Notes under the pieces: model-generated
What the model was told of the DNA's origin: nothing
Database searches by the model: none
The model's input: the letters and a program-made list of their open reading frames with translations, nothing else
Translations under genes and position numbers: made by a program
From: Ophelia neglecta
Lineage: Eukaryota
Assembly: GCA_965285935.1 (NCBI GenBank)
Contig: OZ260663.1
Span: forward strand, 112,778,001-112,842,000
DNA length: 64,000 nt
Direction of reading: 5' to 3'
Part shown: positions 39,569 to 49,524 of the stretch, piece after piece
Numbering within the stretch: the first letter of the stretch is position 1
Layout: the number at the start of each line of letters is the position of its first letter

Positions 39569-40039
39569 CGAAGGCCCAGGGCTGGGTTGCTGAGCTTTCT
39601 TTTTGTTTGGGGGAAATTTAGATTTTGTTGTACAATATGACCGACCACACGTGGAAACACTACAGTTCTATAGCATGTCCACTCCCGGCGGCGTATTGTT
39701 ATCGACTGACCGTGGTCCTGGCCAGCCACACCGCGCCGCCTTGTTCACCCAGCCGTGATGGTTCCTCATTGGATACAAGAGGGAATCCCCTCGCTCACAC
39801 ATTATGAAATCCCACTAAGCTAATGATATACAAATGAGCGTATAAAGTTCGGGGCATGGAACTAAAGGACTGCCTCTTTGCCTTGTACAGTGCGATGCAT
39901 AGACATTGAAAGGTGCACGATTGGCTCAAAGCTGGAGTTGTGATAATTGTTTACATAGGCTCCGTAAAATACTCTGATGATCGCACGACCTATAGAGGCT
40001 TCACCCCACACCCCGATCTATAAACACTGGCAGCGCTTT

Positions 40040-41111
40040 TTACAAGGGAGACTGGAGAAACTAACGCAAAGGGGATACCAACCCAGAACTACAAAACTAC
40101 AAAATGCTAATCAAAAAGGCGTCAGTACTTTGATGGCATCTTTGACATTCAATGAATATATAAGTATTATTTAAAATAACAGTAATTAATACGAGTGTTT
40201 CCTAGATATTTCGACAACGTGTAGTTTCCTGGTTTATTTTGCAAACTGTCTGAATTTGGTATTAAGGGCAATACGTGGAGCTTACTGCTGGCCTCTTAAA
40301 ATACGAATAATTGTATCTTAGTAAAAGGCAAATTATCGGATCAACTTTAGGTAAGGCATTCAGTCCAGGGTGGAACAAAATTTATGATCCATTAAAACGA
40401 TCTGCTCGATGTACACAAGTACCGACAGTGCCAAAATATATGACATTCCTTGTGGAGCACCTACTCAAGCTGACGACGTTGTTCTGCTGACCCAGCAACA
40501 AAAAGGCTTACAGAATCTTTTCAAAATATGCGAGATGCACGCGAGAACTGGGAGATATAACTTTGACCCAACCAAAAGCGCCATCAGAATATTCCACCAT
40601 GTCTCCCATTTAACACGTGCAACAAATATGTTAAGTAACTACGCCAAATCAGAGGACATCATAAAACACGCTGGAATCGATATCGGTGAAACTGGCATTT
40701 ACTTCAAAAACAAAAGCGAACGATGCATGAAGGTCAGAGGAAAATGTAAGCTCTTCTGAAGATAGGCACAACACCATTTACATCGGCCAAACTGTATCCG
40801 ACCACAATGAAAAAAATTAACTTTATGGTTGTCAGCTCTGGTACTCCATGACGGAAGGCACACGGCTACAGATCGAGAGAGCTCACAGGTATTGCGCGAC
40901 ACAATGTTTGCAGCGAAGGACGGGGGCAATTTTGTCGCTTGGCCTTCTCGGATGGCTGTCAACCGAGCAGTACATCCACAAAGAAAAAGAAAGCTTTTTG
41001 GCGGCATATGCCGACTTGGGCCGGAATCTCACCTACATCGTATTTTGTTGACCAAATTTGGTGTTTACAAGTTTTTGTCACAGGCAGAAAAGGGTAGCGG
41101 CTATGCAAATG
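40040..41111 (+). mobile_element. Old LINE RT remnant, left part of the host of the YR element
   Basis: QNANQKG, GLFCKLSEFGIKG, CGAPTQADD; the frame continues at 47876. Confidence 0.75.
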
Positions 41112-42292
41112 ACATTTGCTTAGACTGGCACTTTTTCCACAGATAAAACCAGTTAGCTTAAATAAGGGTAGTTTTTTATTTGGGGAAAGGGCAACGCCGT
41201 AGGATAGAACAAACACAAGTTGATGATGATAATTTATTATTTGGAGCCATTCAAATCACGATCATATACATCAGGAGGAACCCTTTCCTCATCAATAACA
41301 ATATGACATAGTTGGTTTACTCATTATATTGGAAATTGTCAGTACAACAGTAAAACTAGCCATATAATGGAATATCAAAAGTTTCTAGTTACTAATGGTT
41401 AAACCAATAATCAATAATAATTGAAGTAGTAATAACCTAAAATTGGCACCCAAAGTTGGCTATATAGCCATACCACTATTGAAATCTACATGATTTCTCA
41501 ATACAAGGATTTTTAGAAGTTAGAACGAGGCATATACATAGAAATGCAATCCCTGATATTATGACAGAACTTTACGGTCAATATGGACAGTAGAGCATAA
41601 ATTTGACAAGAATGGAGCGCATATAATGTAATTGAACATACGCAGACAGTAATAACTTTCACATACTAGAAATTTAATAATCTGTCCAAGATTTATAATA
41701 AGAGGGTGACTCATTTACTCAGTCAACAAAATGTGCATTTATCCTTCTAGTAGTTAATAAGATGTTTAAATAACATTGAAAGTCAAATTTAAGGGTTATG
41801 GGAGGGTTTTGGGTGAGAGCGTAGCAGTGCGGCTTATCGCTTGGTATGGCGTTGAAAGGACTGAAATGGTCAGCTGACGTCCTATATATAGGTGTCTGGT
41901 GACCAAGAACAATGCCAGACTTATTCGGTTCTTGGAGAAGTCGTTCCAATTGCCATCACGCAAACCTAGTTTTTCACATGTTACAAAACTTACATTTGCT
42001 TAGACTGGCACTTTTTCCACAGATAAAACCAGTTAGCTTAAATAAGGGTAGTTTTTTATTTGGGGAAAGGGCAACGCCGTAGGATAGAACAAACACAAGT
42101 TGATGATGATAATTTATTATTTGGAGCCATTCAAATCACGATCATATACATTAGGAGGAACCCTTTCCTCATCAATAACAATATGACATAGTTGGTTTAC
42201 TCATTATATTGGAAATTGTCAGTACAACAGTAAAACTAGCCAAAATCGGGAGACTGATGATGACCCCAAAAGGCGGTGCCCACAACCAGGAA

Positions 42293-43228
42293 TTACCAGG
42301 TAATATCCCCAGATCTGATATAGGTGTGAAATGCATTAGATTTCCATCTCCCTAGTGATTTGATTTTATAATCATCAAAACCTAATTTTGCAGCAAAACT
42401 AGCCCCGCCTATTCGGAATGAATGAGGTTTATAACGATTTGGGTCGAGACCACAGGACACTACATTTTTCTGTAACATATATTGGAACCAGGACTTGGTT
42501 ACAGGAGTACCATTTTCAAAGATAAATAAGGGGACTGATATGTTTGGCCTGAGTTTTAGATAGTTGATCATGCCTGTGACAGGGCATAAAGGACTAGTAT
42601 TTTGTTTGAGACGGTATGTCGAAATTTGGCCTGGTGAGGAATGTTTGAATGTTGGCAGAGTGACTAACATATTTGTAGTTTCTTTGTCCACTTCAAAGGA
42701 AATGCCTTTCTTTTCTATATTATGGCAAAGCTGTTTTGAGTAAGTAAATTCACTAATTCTAAGAAGGCAGTGGAAGGCTAACATGTACATTGCTTTCAGT
42801 AAAGTCTGATTATAGTTGTTTAGGCCTAAGTGAACAATTGTCTGGCAGAGTTGTAATAGGGTCTCAGGTAAGAAAGGTAATCTGGTATCAGTTGTATTTG
42901 GTTGGTGGTGTTTAATGCCTGCTACAAGTTTCTTTATCATAAAGGATTGTGTAGGATCAGGGAGATCATTGACTTTGTGATGGAAAGCGAGGGCAGATAG
43001 GTGGAGGGAAATTGTAGAAGAACTAAATTTGTGATGCATATGTAAGTAGGTTATATATCTACTTACAGAAAGTGAGGTCATAGGGAATATAGGCGTTTCT
43101 TGCAAGTGGTTGTCTTTTAAGAATTTTGTTGCCTTGTAGATTACTTTTTGATATTGACGTCGTGAACTCTTGGCAAGGGAAAGATCGATGAGTTTGTGCA
43201 TTTGAGAATCGATTTTGGAGACAGCCAA
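42293..43228 (-). CDS. Tyrosine recombinase of the Ngaro-like element
   Basis: LRISE, K, HSFRIG, LGRWKS...Y catalytic residues; overlaps the RT ORF end. Confidence 0.93.
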   Translation of the reverse strand: MAVSKIDSQMHKLIDLSLAKSSRRQYQKVIYKATKFLKDNHLQETPIFPMTSLSVSRYITYLHMHHKFSSSTISLHLSALAFHHKVNDLPDPTQSFMIKKLVAGIKHHQPNTTDTRLPFLPETLLQLCQTIVHLGLNNYNQTLLKAMYMLAFHCLLRISEFTYSKQLCHNIEKKGISFEVDKETTNMLVTLPTFKHSSPGQISTYRLKQNTSPLCPVTGMINYLKLRPNISVPLFIFENGTPVTKSWFQYMLQKNVVSCGLDPNRYKPHSFRIGGASFAAKLGFDDYKIKSLGRWKSNAFHTYIRSGDITW

Positions 43229-44757
43229 CGACTGATTGGAGTTGGGGTTCTGTCGAGCCAGGTCCCTAGTCTCAGCGCTTCTGTTACCTGTAATCGTGAT
43301 AAATGGTCTGGTATAACATTTGTGTAACCTTCAATATATTTTGCCCGGAAATAAATATTGTATTCTATGCTTAGCAGGACTAAATTTCTGATTAGAATCA
43401 TCAGCAAGTTATTGGTGGATGATTGTTTGTTAATTGCTCCTACAATTGAGGTATTATCTGTTAGGAAGAGAACAGAGTGGTTTGCTAATAGAGACCCCCA
43501 TAATTGTAGCCCGACCAATATTGGAAATAATTCCTTCAAAGAGATATGTAATTTTGCCCATGTTGGTGGCCATGAGCCAAAAGTCCACCTTTTTCCTAGT
43601 GTGACCCCAAAACCTTTATTAGAAGCGTCGGAATAAAATTTCAAGGTTGGCGTTGTGACAAAGCTTTGATCAATTAGGAGGGATCTGCCATTATAGTTTT
43701 CCAGGAAATATGTCCAAGCTTGTAAATCGTGTTTTGCATCGGTGGTAATTTTGATAGTTTTATTTTGAGTTCGTTTTATGCCCATTGGGCATTTTCCTGC
43801 TGTAAGGTTATATAGTCTACGTGCAAACGCACGACCTGGAGCTATTACTTTACAGGCAAAGTTGAGAGAACCACAAAGGGATTGAATGTCTTTAAGGCTA
43901 CATGATTCTTGGGTTATTAGGGTATGACATAATATTTTAAGGCGATGTAGTTTTTCTTGTGGCAGTCTGGCTTCAAATTTGACAGTATCAATTTCTATGC
44001 CATGTACAGTGACACATGTGCTAGGATGTACGGTTTTAGAAGATTTAATTGGAATGTTCAAAATGTTACATAAAGCAATGAATTTCTGAAGTTTTTTGTT
44101 GCAATCGATTGAAGCAGGGGGCCCCACGAACATAAAGTCGTCTAAAATATGTGACACCCCAGACATATGGAATTGATATTTCATGATCCATTGAAGTGCA
44201 CAACTGAGTTTTTCAAATATAGCACAAGAAGAGCTTGCCCCCATGGGTAGACTGCAGTCAAAGTAAAAATACCCTTCCCAGGTGAAGCCGAGGAGTTTAT
44301 GGTCATCCGGATGGATAGGTATTATTCTGTAGGCATTTTCAATATCGCATTTGGCCAGTAGGCAATTTCTGCCATATTTTTGGACCATTTTATATATATC
44401 ATCAATTGTCTCATAGGAGACTGAAGAACTTTCAGCTGGGATACCAGTGTTCACGCTGTTGTTTTCCGGAAAGGATAAATCATGGATCATTCTATAGCTA
44501 TCCGAGTCTTTCTTGGGAATGAGGCCTATTGGTGAGCAACAAAGAGTTTGAAAGGGGGGTTCTTTGAATGGACCGGCAATGCGTTCTAGTTTTAACTCAG
44601 AGTTAATTTTTTCTCTAACTTTATCGGGTTTTAATTGTGTGCTTTGATGATTTTTACAACGGTGTGTTAAAGTGGGCCCTTCGTATCCTAATTTGAATCC
44701 CTCTTTGAGGCCATTTACCAGATATTTGCGAGAAGGTGTAGGGTAACCTCGTAACAA
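43141..44757 (-). CDS. DIRS/Ngaro-type reverse transcriptase and RNase H
   Basis: YRMIHDLS, KCDIENAY, LPMGASSS, ILDDF, SDAS, KEL, TDN. The frame opens at about 44866 inside gag (+1) with no nearby ATG. Confidence 0.93.
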   Translation of the reverse strand: MLRGYPTPSRKYLVNGLKEGFKLGYEGPTLTHRCKNHQSTQLKPDKVREKINSELKLERIAGPFKEPPFQTLCCSPIGLIPKKDSDSYRMIHDLSFPENNSVNTGIPAESSSVSYETIDDIYKMVQKYGRNCLLAKCDIENAYRIIPIHPDDHKLLGFTWEGYFYFDCSLPMGASSSCAIFEKLSCALQWIMKYQFHMSGVSHILDDFMFVGPPASIDCNKKLQKFIALCNILNIPIKSSKTVHPSTCVTVHGIEIDTVKFEARLPQEKLHRLKILCHTLITQESCSLKDIQSLCGSLNFACKVIAPGRAFARRLYNLTAGKCPMGIKRTQNKTIKITTDAKHDLQAWTYFLENYNGRSLLIDQSFVTTPTLKFYSDASNKGFGVTLGKRWTFGSWPPTWAKLHISLKELFPILVGLQLWGSLLANHSVLFLTDNTSIVGAINKQSSTNNLLMILIRNLVLLSIEYNIYFRAKYIEGYTNVIPDHLSRLQVTEALRLGTWLDRTPTPISRWLSPKSILKCTNSSIFPLPRVHDVNIKK

Positions 44758-44770
44758 TATGTCTAGCTTA

Positions 44771-46063
44771 TCATGGTTTACTCTTTGGGGGCGATTTTTG
44801 AGACGTGACCCGTGGAGCGGATTTTGGAGGGTTTGGTTTTGTTCCTGTGTTGGTCCGAAAATTGTTTAGATATCCTGGCCTGGTTTGGCAGGTAAATGCT
44901 GGGTGTGGAGATTTACATAAAGCACAAACATGGGCATATGGGCAATTATCCCGGTGGCATTGTTTTTCGTTGAAGTCAAAGCAGGTGCCTGTTACCCTGG
45001 GGGCCCAAAGTTTGGAGCGGTAAGTTCTACGAGGCTGAGAGGTAGTTTGAGGGGGGTAGGTAGTTGGATGGGATTGGTTGATATTTGTGTTGCCATTTAC
45101 TATTGGCCAATAAATTTCCCAACAGTATTGGTCCCAGGGGAGGTCGACGTTAGCTTTAGTTTTTCGAAATCTTTTGTCGTACTCGATCACGCGATGTATC
45201 GAACAGGTTTGAGCTAAATTGTTTATTAACCAGCCGTATTTGGTGAGCCCAGCGAAATCTTGTGGGAAGATATTAGTGTGGAGGCTCATGAAAGTGAAAA
45301 AGGCATCGAACCATTCATGAATGTTAGTGATATATCGCTGCTCCTCGCTTATTTGGATTCTTTTCCCTCTGACTTGGAGATTGAACCTCTCCTCGTCTTC
45401 TTCATTTTTGGTATTGAAAGAGGAGAGCAATTGGGGAAAAGGAATGTATTCTTTTTTAGAAATTTTTTGTTTAATTTTTCTGTCTAATGAGGCTCCCAGT
45501 GGTAGGCTAGATGAGAAGTTGGCAGATTTGATATGGGGAAAATTTGTTAGATTATCAATGGGATAGGTTTCGGAAGGTTTATCAATGTTTTGTCTAGCGA
45601 ACTCTGCCCATGATATATTCATTGGGGAATCTGGAAAGGGTATATCATAATCTCGGACTCCGGCGTCAGCCGCTGTAGCCCCCTGGCTTTCAGCAGGTAA
45701 CCTCGGAGTCCTACTTGTATTCGTGTGCCGATGTACAGTACCATTGTGTTCCATAGGTTGTTGTCGGTCTTTCAGATTCTGGAGTTCGTGCCTTAATGTT
45801 CTGATGTCGTATTGTAGGTCGTTGATCGAGGGTTGATGTGACAGTTCATCAGATAAATCTGTTACATGGTTCTCAATGTCGCAGCCGGAGAATGGGTTTT
45901 GGCTAGTCTTGAGTCTCTTGGGGCGAGGACCGGTGGTGGGAACAACAACAGGTTCGGCGGTTGGTGATGGTTCTGGAGAGATGATTGTGGGTGGTCCCTT
46001 CTTTTTGGCTGGCTTTCTTGATCTTGTTGTTGGCTGTATGTTTTTTTTCTTTCCTCTCGGCAT
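44771..46063 (-). CDS. Gag-like ORF of the Ngaro-like element
   Basis: Basic N-terminus, coiled coil, WFDAF/YDKRFR region, zinc fingers CFDFN..C....C...H-C..C...H....C. Confidence 0.88.
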   Translation of the reverse strand: MPRGKKKNIQPTTRSRKPAKKKGPPTIISPEPSPTAEPVVVPTTGPRPKRLKTSQNPFSGCDIENHVTDLSDELSHQPSINDLQYDIRTLRHELQNLKDRQQPMEHNGTVHRHTNTSRTPRLPAESQGATAADAGVRDYDIPFPDSPMNISWAEFARQNIDKPSETYPIDNLTNFPHIKSANFSSSLPLGASLDRKIKQKISKKEYIPFPQLLSSFNTKNEEDEERFNLQVRGKRIQISEEQRYITNIHEWFDAFFTFMSLHTNIFPQDFAGLTKYGWLINNLAQTCSIHRVIEYDKRFRKTKANVDLPWDQYCWEIYWPIVNGNTNINQSHPTTYPPQTTSQPRRTYRSKLWAPRVTGTCFDFNEKQCHRDNCPYAHVCALCKSPHPAFTCQTRPGYLNNFRTNTGTKPNPPKSAPRVTSQKSPPKSKP

Positions 46064-46412
46064 GGTTATATAATAATGAAATGGATTTTTGTTACGGAAA
46101 GTAATTTGTTCATTGACGTTGGAAAGTGACTAATGGTTGAATAAACACCTTAAGTATCCAGTGATATTTAAACAGTACACGTATGACAGGGAAAAAGAAC
46201 ACACGGCATTTTAAATATATTCTCTTTAGTATTCCCTGCACGTTTGGTACAGATATTCAGTCTGCATATGTCAAAAGGAGAAGAAAAAAAATAATTGTGT
46301 ATGATTACTTATCACATTATTAACAGAGGAATTGATTCTTGTTTTATATTTGAGAAACTAGAGTAATAACGTATAAAAGGTACCTGTGTCAAGACATTGG
46401 AAAATTTTACAG

Positions 46413-46778
46413 AACCCAGACATGTCCGTCTGGAAGATAAGTACCCAGGCATGTACAAGTCTGTCACTGGGAAAACTGATAAAAACCCAGGCATGTATAA
46501 GTCTGTCACTGGGAAAAATTCAAAACCCAGGCATGTACAAGTCTGTCACTGGGAAAAATTTTCAAAACCCAGGCATGTATAAGTCTGTCACTGGGAAAAA
46601 TTTAGAACCCAGGCATGTATAAGTCTGTCACTGGGAAAAAAAATTCAGAACCCAGGCAGGTATAAGTCTGTTACTGGGGAGAAAAAAAGAAAAAAAAAAT
46701 TTTGAACCCAGGCATGTATAAGTCTGTCACTGGGAAAAAAAAATTCAGAACCCAGGCATGTATAAGTCTGTCACTGGG
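46413..46778. repeat. Array of 8 (plus 1 degenerate) 28-bp hairpin units CCCAGGCATGTATAAGTCTGTCACTGGG with A-rich linkers
   Basis: Cores start at 46444, 46486, 46526, 46568, 46608, 46651, 46707 and 46751; CCCAG/CTGGG ends are complementary. Confidence 0.9.
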
Positions 46779-47055
46779 TAGGAAGTCTCGAAACAGGTAC
46801 CAGTAGATCTATATGTTAGTATAGATAATAGTTTGGAAAAATACAACTCTATAGTGTTCGAAGTGAATCCTGAGATGTGTGTAGTATGGGGACGTATATA
46901 AATGAACATGGCTTAGGAATAATGTACATGTAACATTGTTAGCAAACATGTTGTATTCTCCCATGTATCAGCACGTACCGTAATTTGATAGAAGTACAAT
47001 TTACAGAAAGGTGTCGGTATATGTAGATACTTATTAATACCTTACAGTTATAATT

Positions 47056-47661
47056 CTAATTAAGAAAGTGGGATAGTACAGCTCCCCTCAAGCTCCTGTA
47101 TAAAATGTCATTCCCGAAGGTATTTAGGTGAACACCATCGTATGCAACGTATGAGGAGTTGTGGTGTTGGTCAAAATCGTGGTGCCAGTAGTTAATGGAA
47201 CTGCCTGGAAAGTGAGTGGTTATGTACCCTGATTGAAGTGAACACAAAGACTCCATCGAGGTGTTGTATGCCTCGACTGACTGATTATATTGAAAGGGAG
47301 CATATGTGCGGTCCCATAGGCTGCATATAACGACTTTTTCAGCCCCCATATTTAGGATTTCCTTTGATTTGTTAAAGTAAAATTCTGCCAAGATATGTGG
47401 GGCATATAGATACTTGGGTTTGCATAGGTCGTTGGAGCCTAACTGTAATATTACGGATCTGGGCTCCATATGAGCTATGAACGTTAAACACTCCTGTATA
47501 CGGCTAGCCGCCATGCCGCCGTCACCATGTGCGAGTAATGATTTCCCTTTGGTTTGTAAACCAATTTTTAAGTTAAAGTCAGTGCCATATTTTGGCGAAA
47601 CATATTCTTTCAGACGCCTAATATGAGAGGAGCCATATATAAGAATAATATCTTTCTCCAT
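47056..47661 (-). CDS. SGNH/GDSL-family hydrolase (esterase) carried by the YR retrotransposon, 201 aa from ATG 47661
   Basis: Blocks IYGSSH (I), GDGG (II), QLGSNDL (III), DGVHLN (V). The ORF-track start at 47829 is a TTG inside repeat A. Confidence 0.85.
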   Translation of the reverse strand: MEKDIILIYGSSHIRRLKEYVSPKYGTDFNLKIGLQTKGKSLLAHGDGGMAASRIQECLTFIAHMEPRSVILQLGSNDLCKPKYLYAPHILAEFYFNKSKEILNMGAEKVVICSLWDRTYAPFQYNQSVEAYNTSMESLCSLQSGYITTHFPGSSINYWHHDFDQHHNSSYVAYDGVHLNTFGNDILYRSLRGAVLSHFLN

Positions 47662-47751
47662 GGTATACCTGAAGAATAATAATGAACTTACGATGAGAGC
47701 GTAGCAGTGCGGCTTTTCGCTTGGTATGGCGTTGAAAGGACTGAAATGGTC

Positions 47752-47772
47752 AGCTGACGTCCTATATATAGG
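47752..47772 (-). promoter_or_regulatory. Putative promoter in repeat A: palindromic TATA (CCTATATATAGG) beside overlapping E-box/CRE-like CAGCTGACGT
   Basis: Motifs read directly, about 100 bp upstream of the SGNH ATG; also present in A2 (41872-41892). Function is inferred. Confidence 0.45.
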
Positions 47773-47875
47773 TGTCTGGTGACCAAGAACAATGCCAGAC
47801 TTATTCGGTTCTTGGAGAAGTCGTTCCAATTGCCATCACGCAAACCTAGTTTTTCACATGTTACAAAACTTACAT

Positions 47876-48420
47876 ATTACATGTGCTTACCAAATATAGT
47901 CTCAGCAATGTCTATGCAGGGTTACACAGTAACCGGTTAGTTCCCTGATATGGTGACCGCGAAAAATTGGTTGGGATGGTATATGTTGCTCGGAAAGAGT
48001 GCGTCTAGAAGTAGAAATGGAATCAGATCCCAAGTTGCATAGATATCTTAATATAGCCCCAGGCGGGATCATTTAGTTTTCTGTGGGTAATTGCTCGACA
48101 GTGCCAGGAGAGGTGCTATGTGTCCTAGTCAATGGCTAAGCTGGCAAGTTTGCCTTTAACTGACACCTTCCAGGTTTAATAAGAAAGGAAGATGGCTTGG
48201 AATGTTTTAATTTCCCAGAAGAATTAAGTTCCAATAACAAAAGATTAGTCTTCAGTATCTGATCGTAGACATGCTGGGGGAGACCTCCCTAACCAGTTCT
48301 GTCAATAACATTAAAAAGTCACACTTCACGGAGACTCACCTTGGTGGCGCGTAGCAAACCATATGTGGAGTGACTATAGCAGTTGAAGACAGATGTTGTT
48401 TGAGCACTTTCGAAAATTGC
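47876..48420 (+). mobile_element. Continuation of the same LINE after the YR-element insertion
   Basis: Removing 41116-47875 gives the in-frame join GYANDI-LHVLTKYSL. Confidence 0.7.
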
Positions 48421-49524
48421 AACTTTTCAACGGCAAGTACCCTGCTTAATGGAAGTTACGCTTTTTAGTCGGTAAAATGTGATCTGGGCATATAAGCATT
48501 GTTTACTGGCACATAAAATGTAAACTACATGGAGAGATCTAAACCACACAACGGATGACGCGTCGATCATGTTGATCTAGTGAATAGCTTGTCGTTGACG
48601 ACTGCTATACCTCCGCTGTATTCACGTCTTGGATTACATTTGTATTGCCAGGGGGCTATTAAGTAACATCAATTCTATGATTATATAACACTGTTTTCAA
48701 TCGGTCAACACGGATCCAGATCAACTGAGAAATACCTAACCTATCACTTTCGATGACGTCCGCTTTTCAACTTCGATCTGAGTACCTGTAGTATTTATTC
48801 TGTATTTATACGTAATTGTTTTGTAGATAATTGTATTAATGATGTTTTATTTTTGGACTTGTTATTTAAATTAGCAACTCCATGAAAAGGAGAAAATAAA
48901 GAATATATATGTTTGTAGTTGAATCAATTATGCTAGAAGCCTAGAGCAATATTTTATTGCGTCTACTAAAGTCTATAATACTAAATAAAATAAATGGGAA
49001 AATACTCGCGGGACTATAAACTGACGCATGATTGTAACAATTCAATGTAAAATATAATTGGATAAGAACAATTTATATAAAACATTTAAACAAACAAGCA
49101 ATGGCTGAAATCTTTGAATTCAACAATGTTTCGATGCTCGAGTAGAAAAATAAACTCGTAACAAGGACAATCTATACATAAAATGATAGCCGAAAAAAAT
49201 TAACGCATAGAAAATAACCTATTAGTTCGAGGACCCACATAAATTATTTCATAACATCAAAGGCCTAATTGGGGTAAATAGGGGTAAAATAGATGCTTTT
49301 CAGCCCATAAACAAATCAGCTAGTATTTTTTTTTAAATGCACGCGCGATAAACAAAGTGAATGAATATAGGCCCAGTTTTCAGTTAGGAAAGTATTAAAA
49401 AAACTCTTCAAGATAGGAAATTTATAAAACTAAGCGAAATAATAACTTTAATTACGCGGTAGGCTGTGGTATGATACAAATGCCAAATATATGTATGTGA
49501 TAGTTCATTTCTTGAAACGGGTCT

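Larger units (their letters stand above)
41112..47875 (-). mobile_element. Ngaro/PAT-type (DIRS-order) tyrosine-recombinase retrotransposon with split direct repeats A1-[SGNH, gag, RT/RH, YR]-B1A2-spacer-B2
   Basis: A = 47694-47875 and 41814-41995 (182 bp, 1 mismatch); B = 41992-42242 and 41112-41362 (251 bp, 1 mismatch). ACAT core at both ends and at the B1/A2 junction. Four uninterrupted ORFs. Confidence 0.95.

Noticed and set aside
41719-41949. 76-aa ORF resembling the N-terminus of 47056-47829
   Set aside because: It is repeat A2 read from a TTG; the shared peptide is an artefact of the terminal repeat.
46413-46778. CRISPR-like repeat-spacer appearance
   Set aside because: Linkers are short, mutually related A-runs rather than unique spacers; no cas genes; eukaryotic retroelement context.
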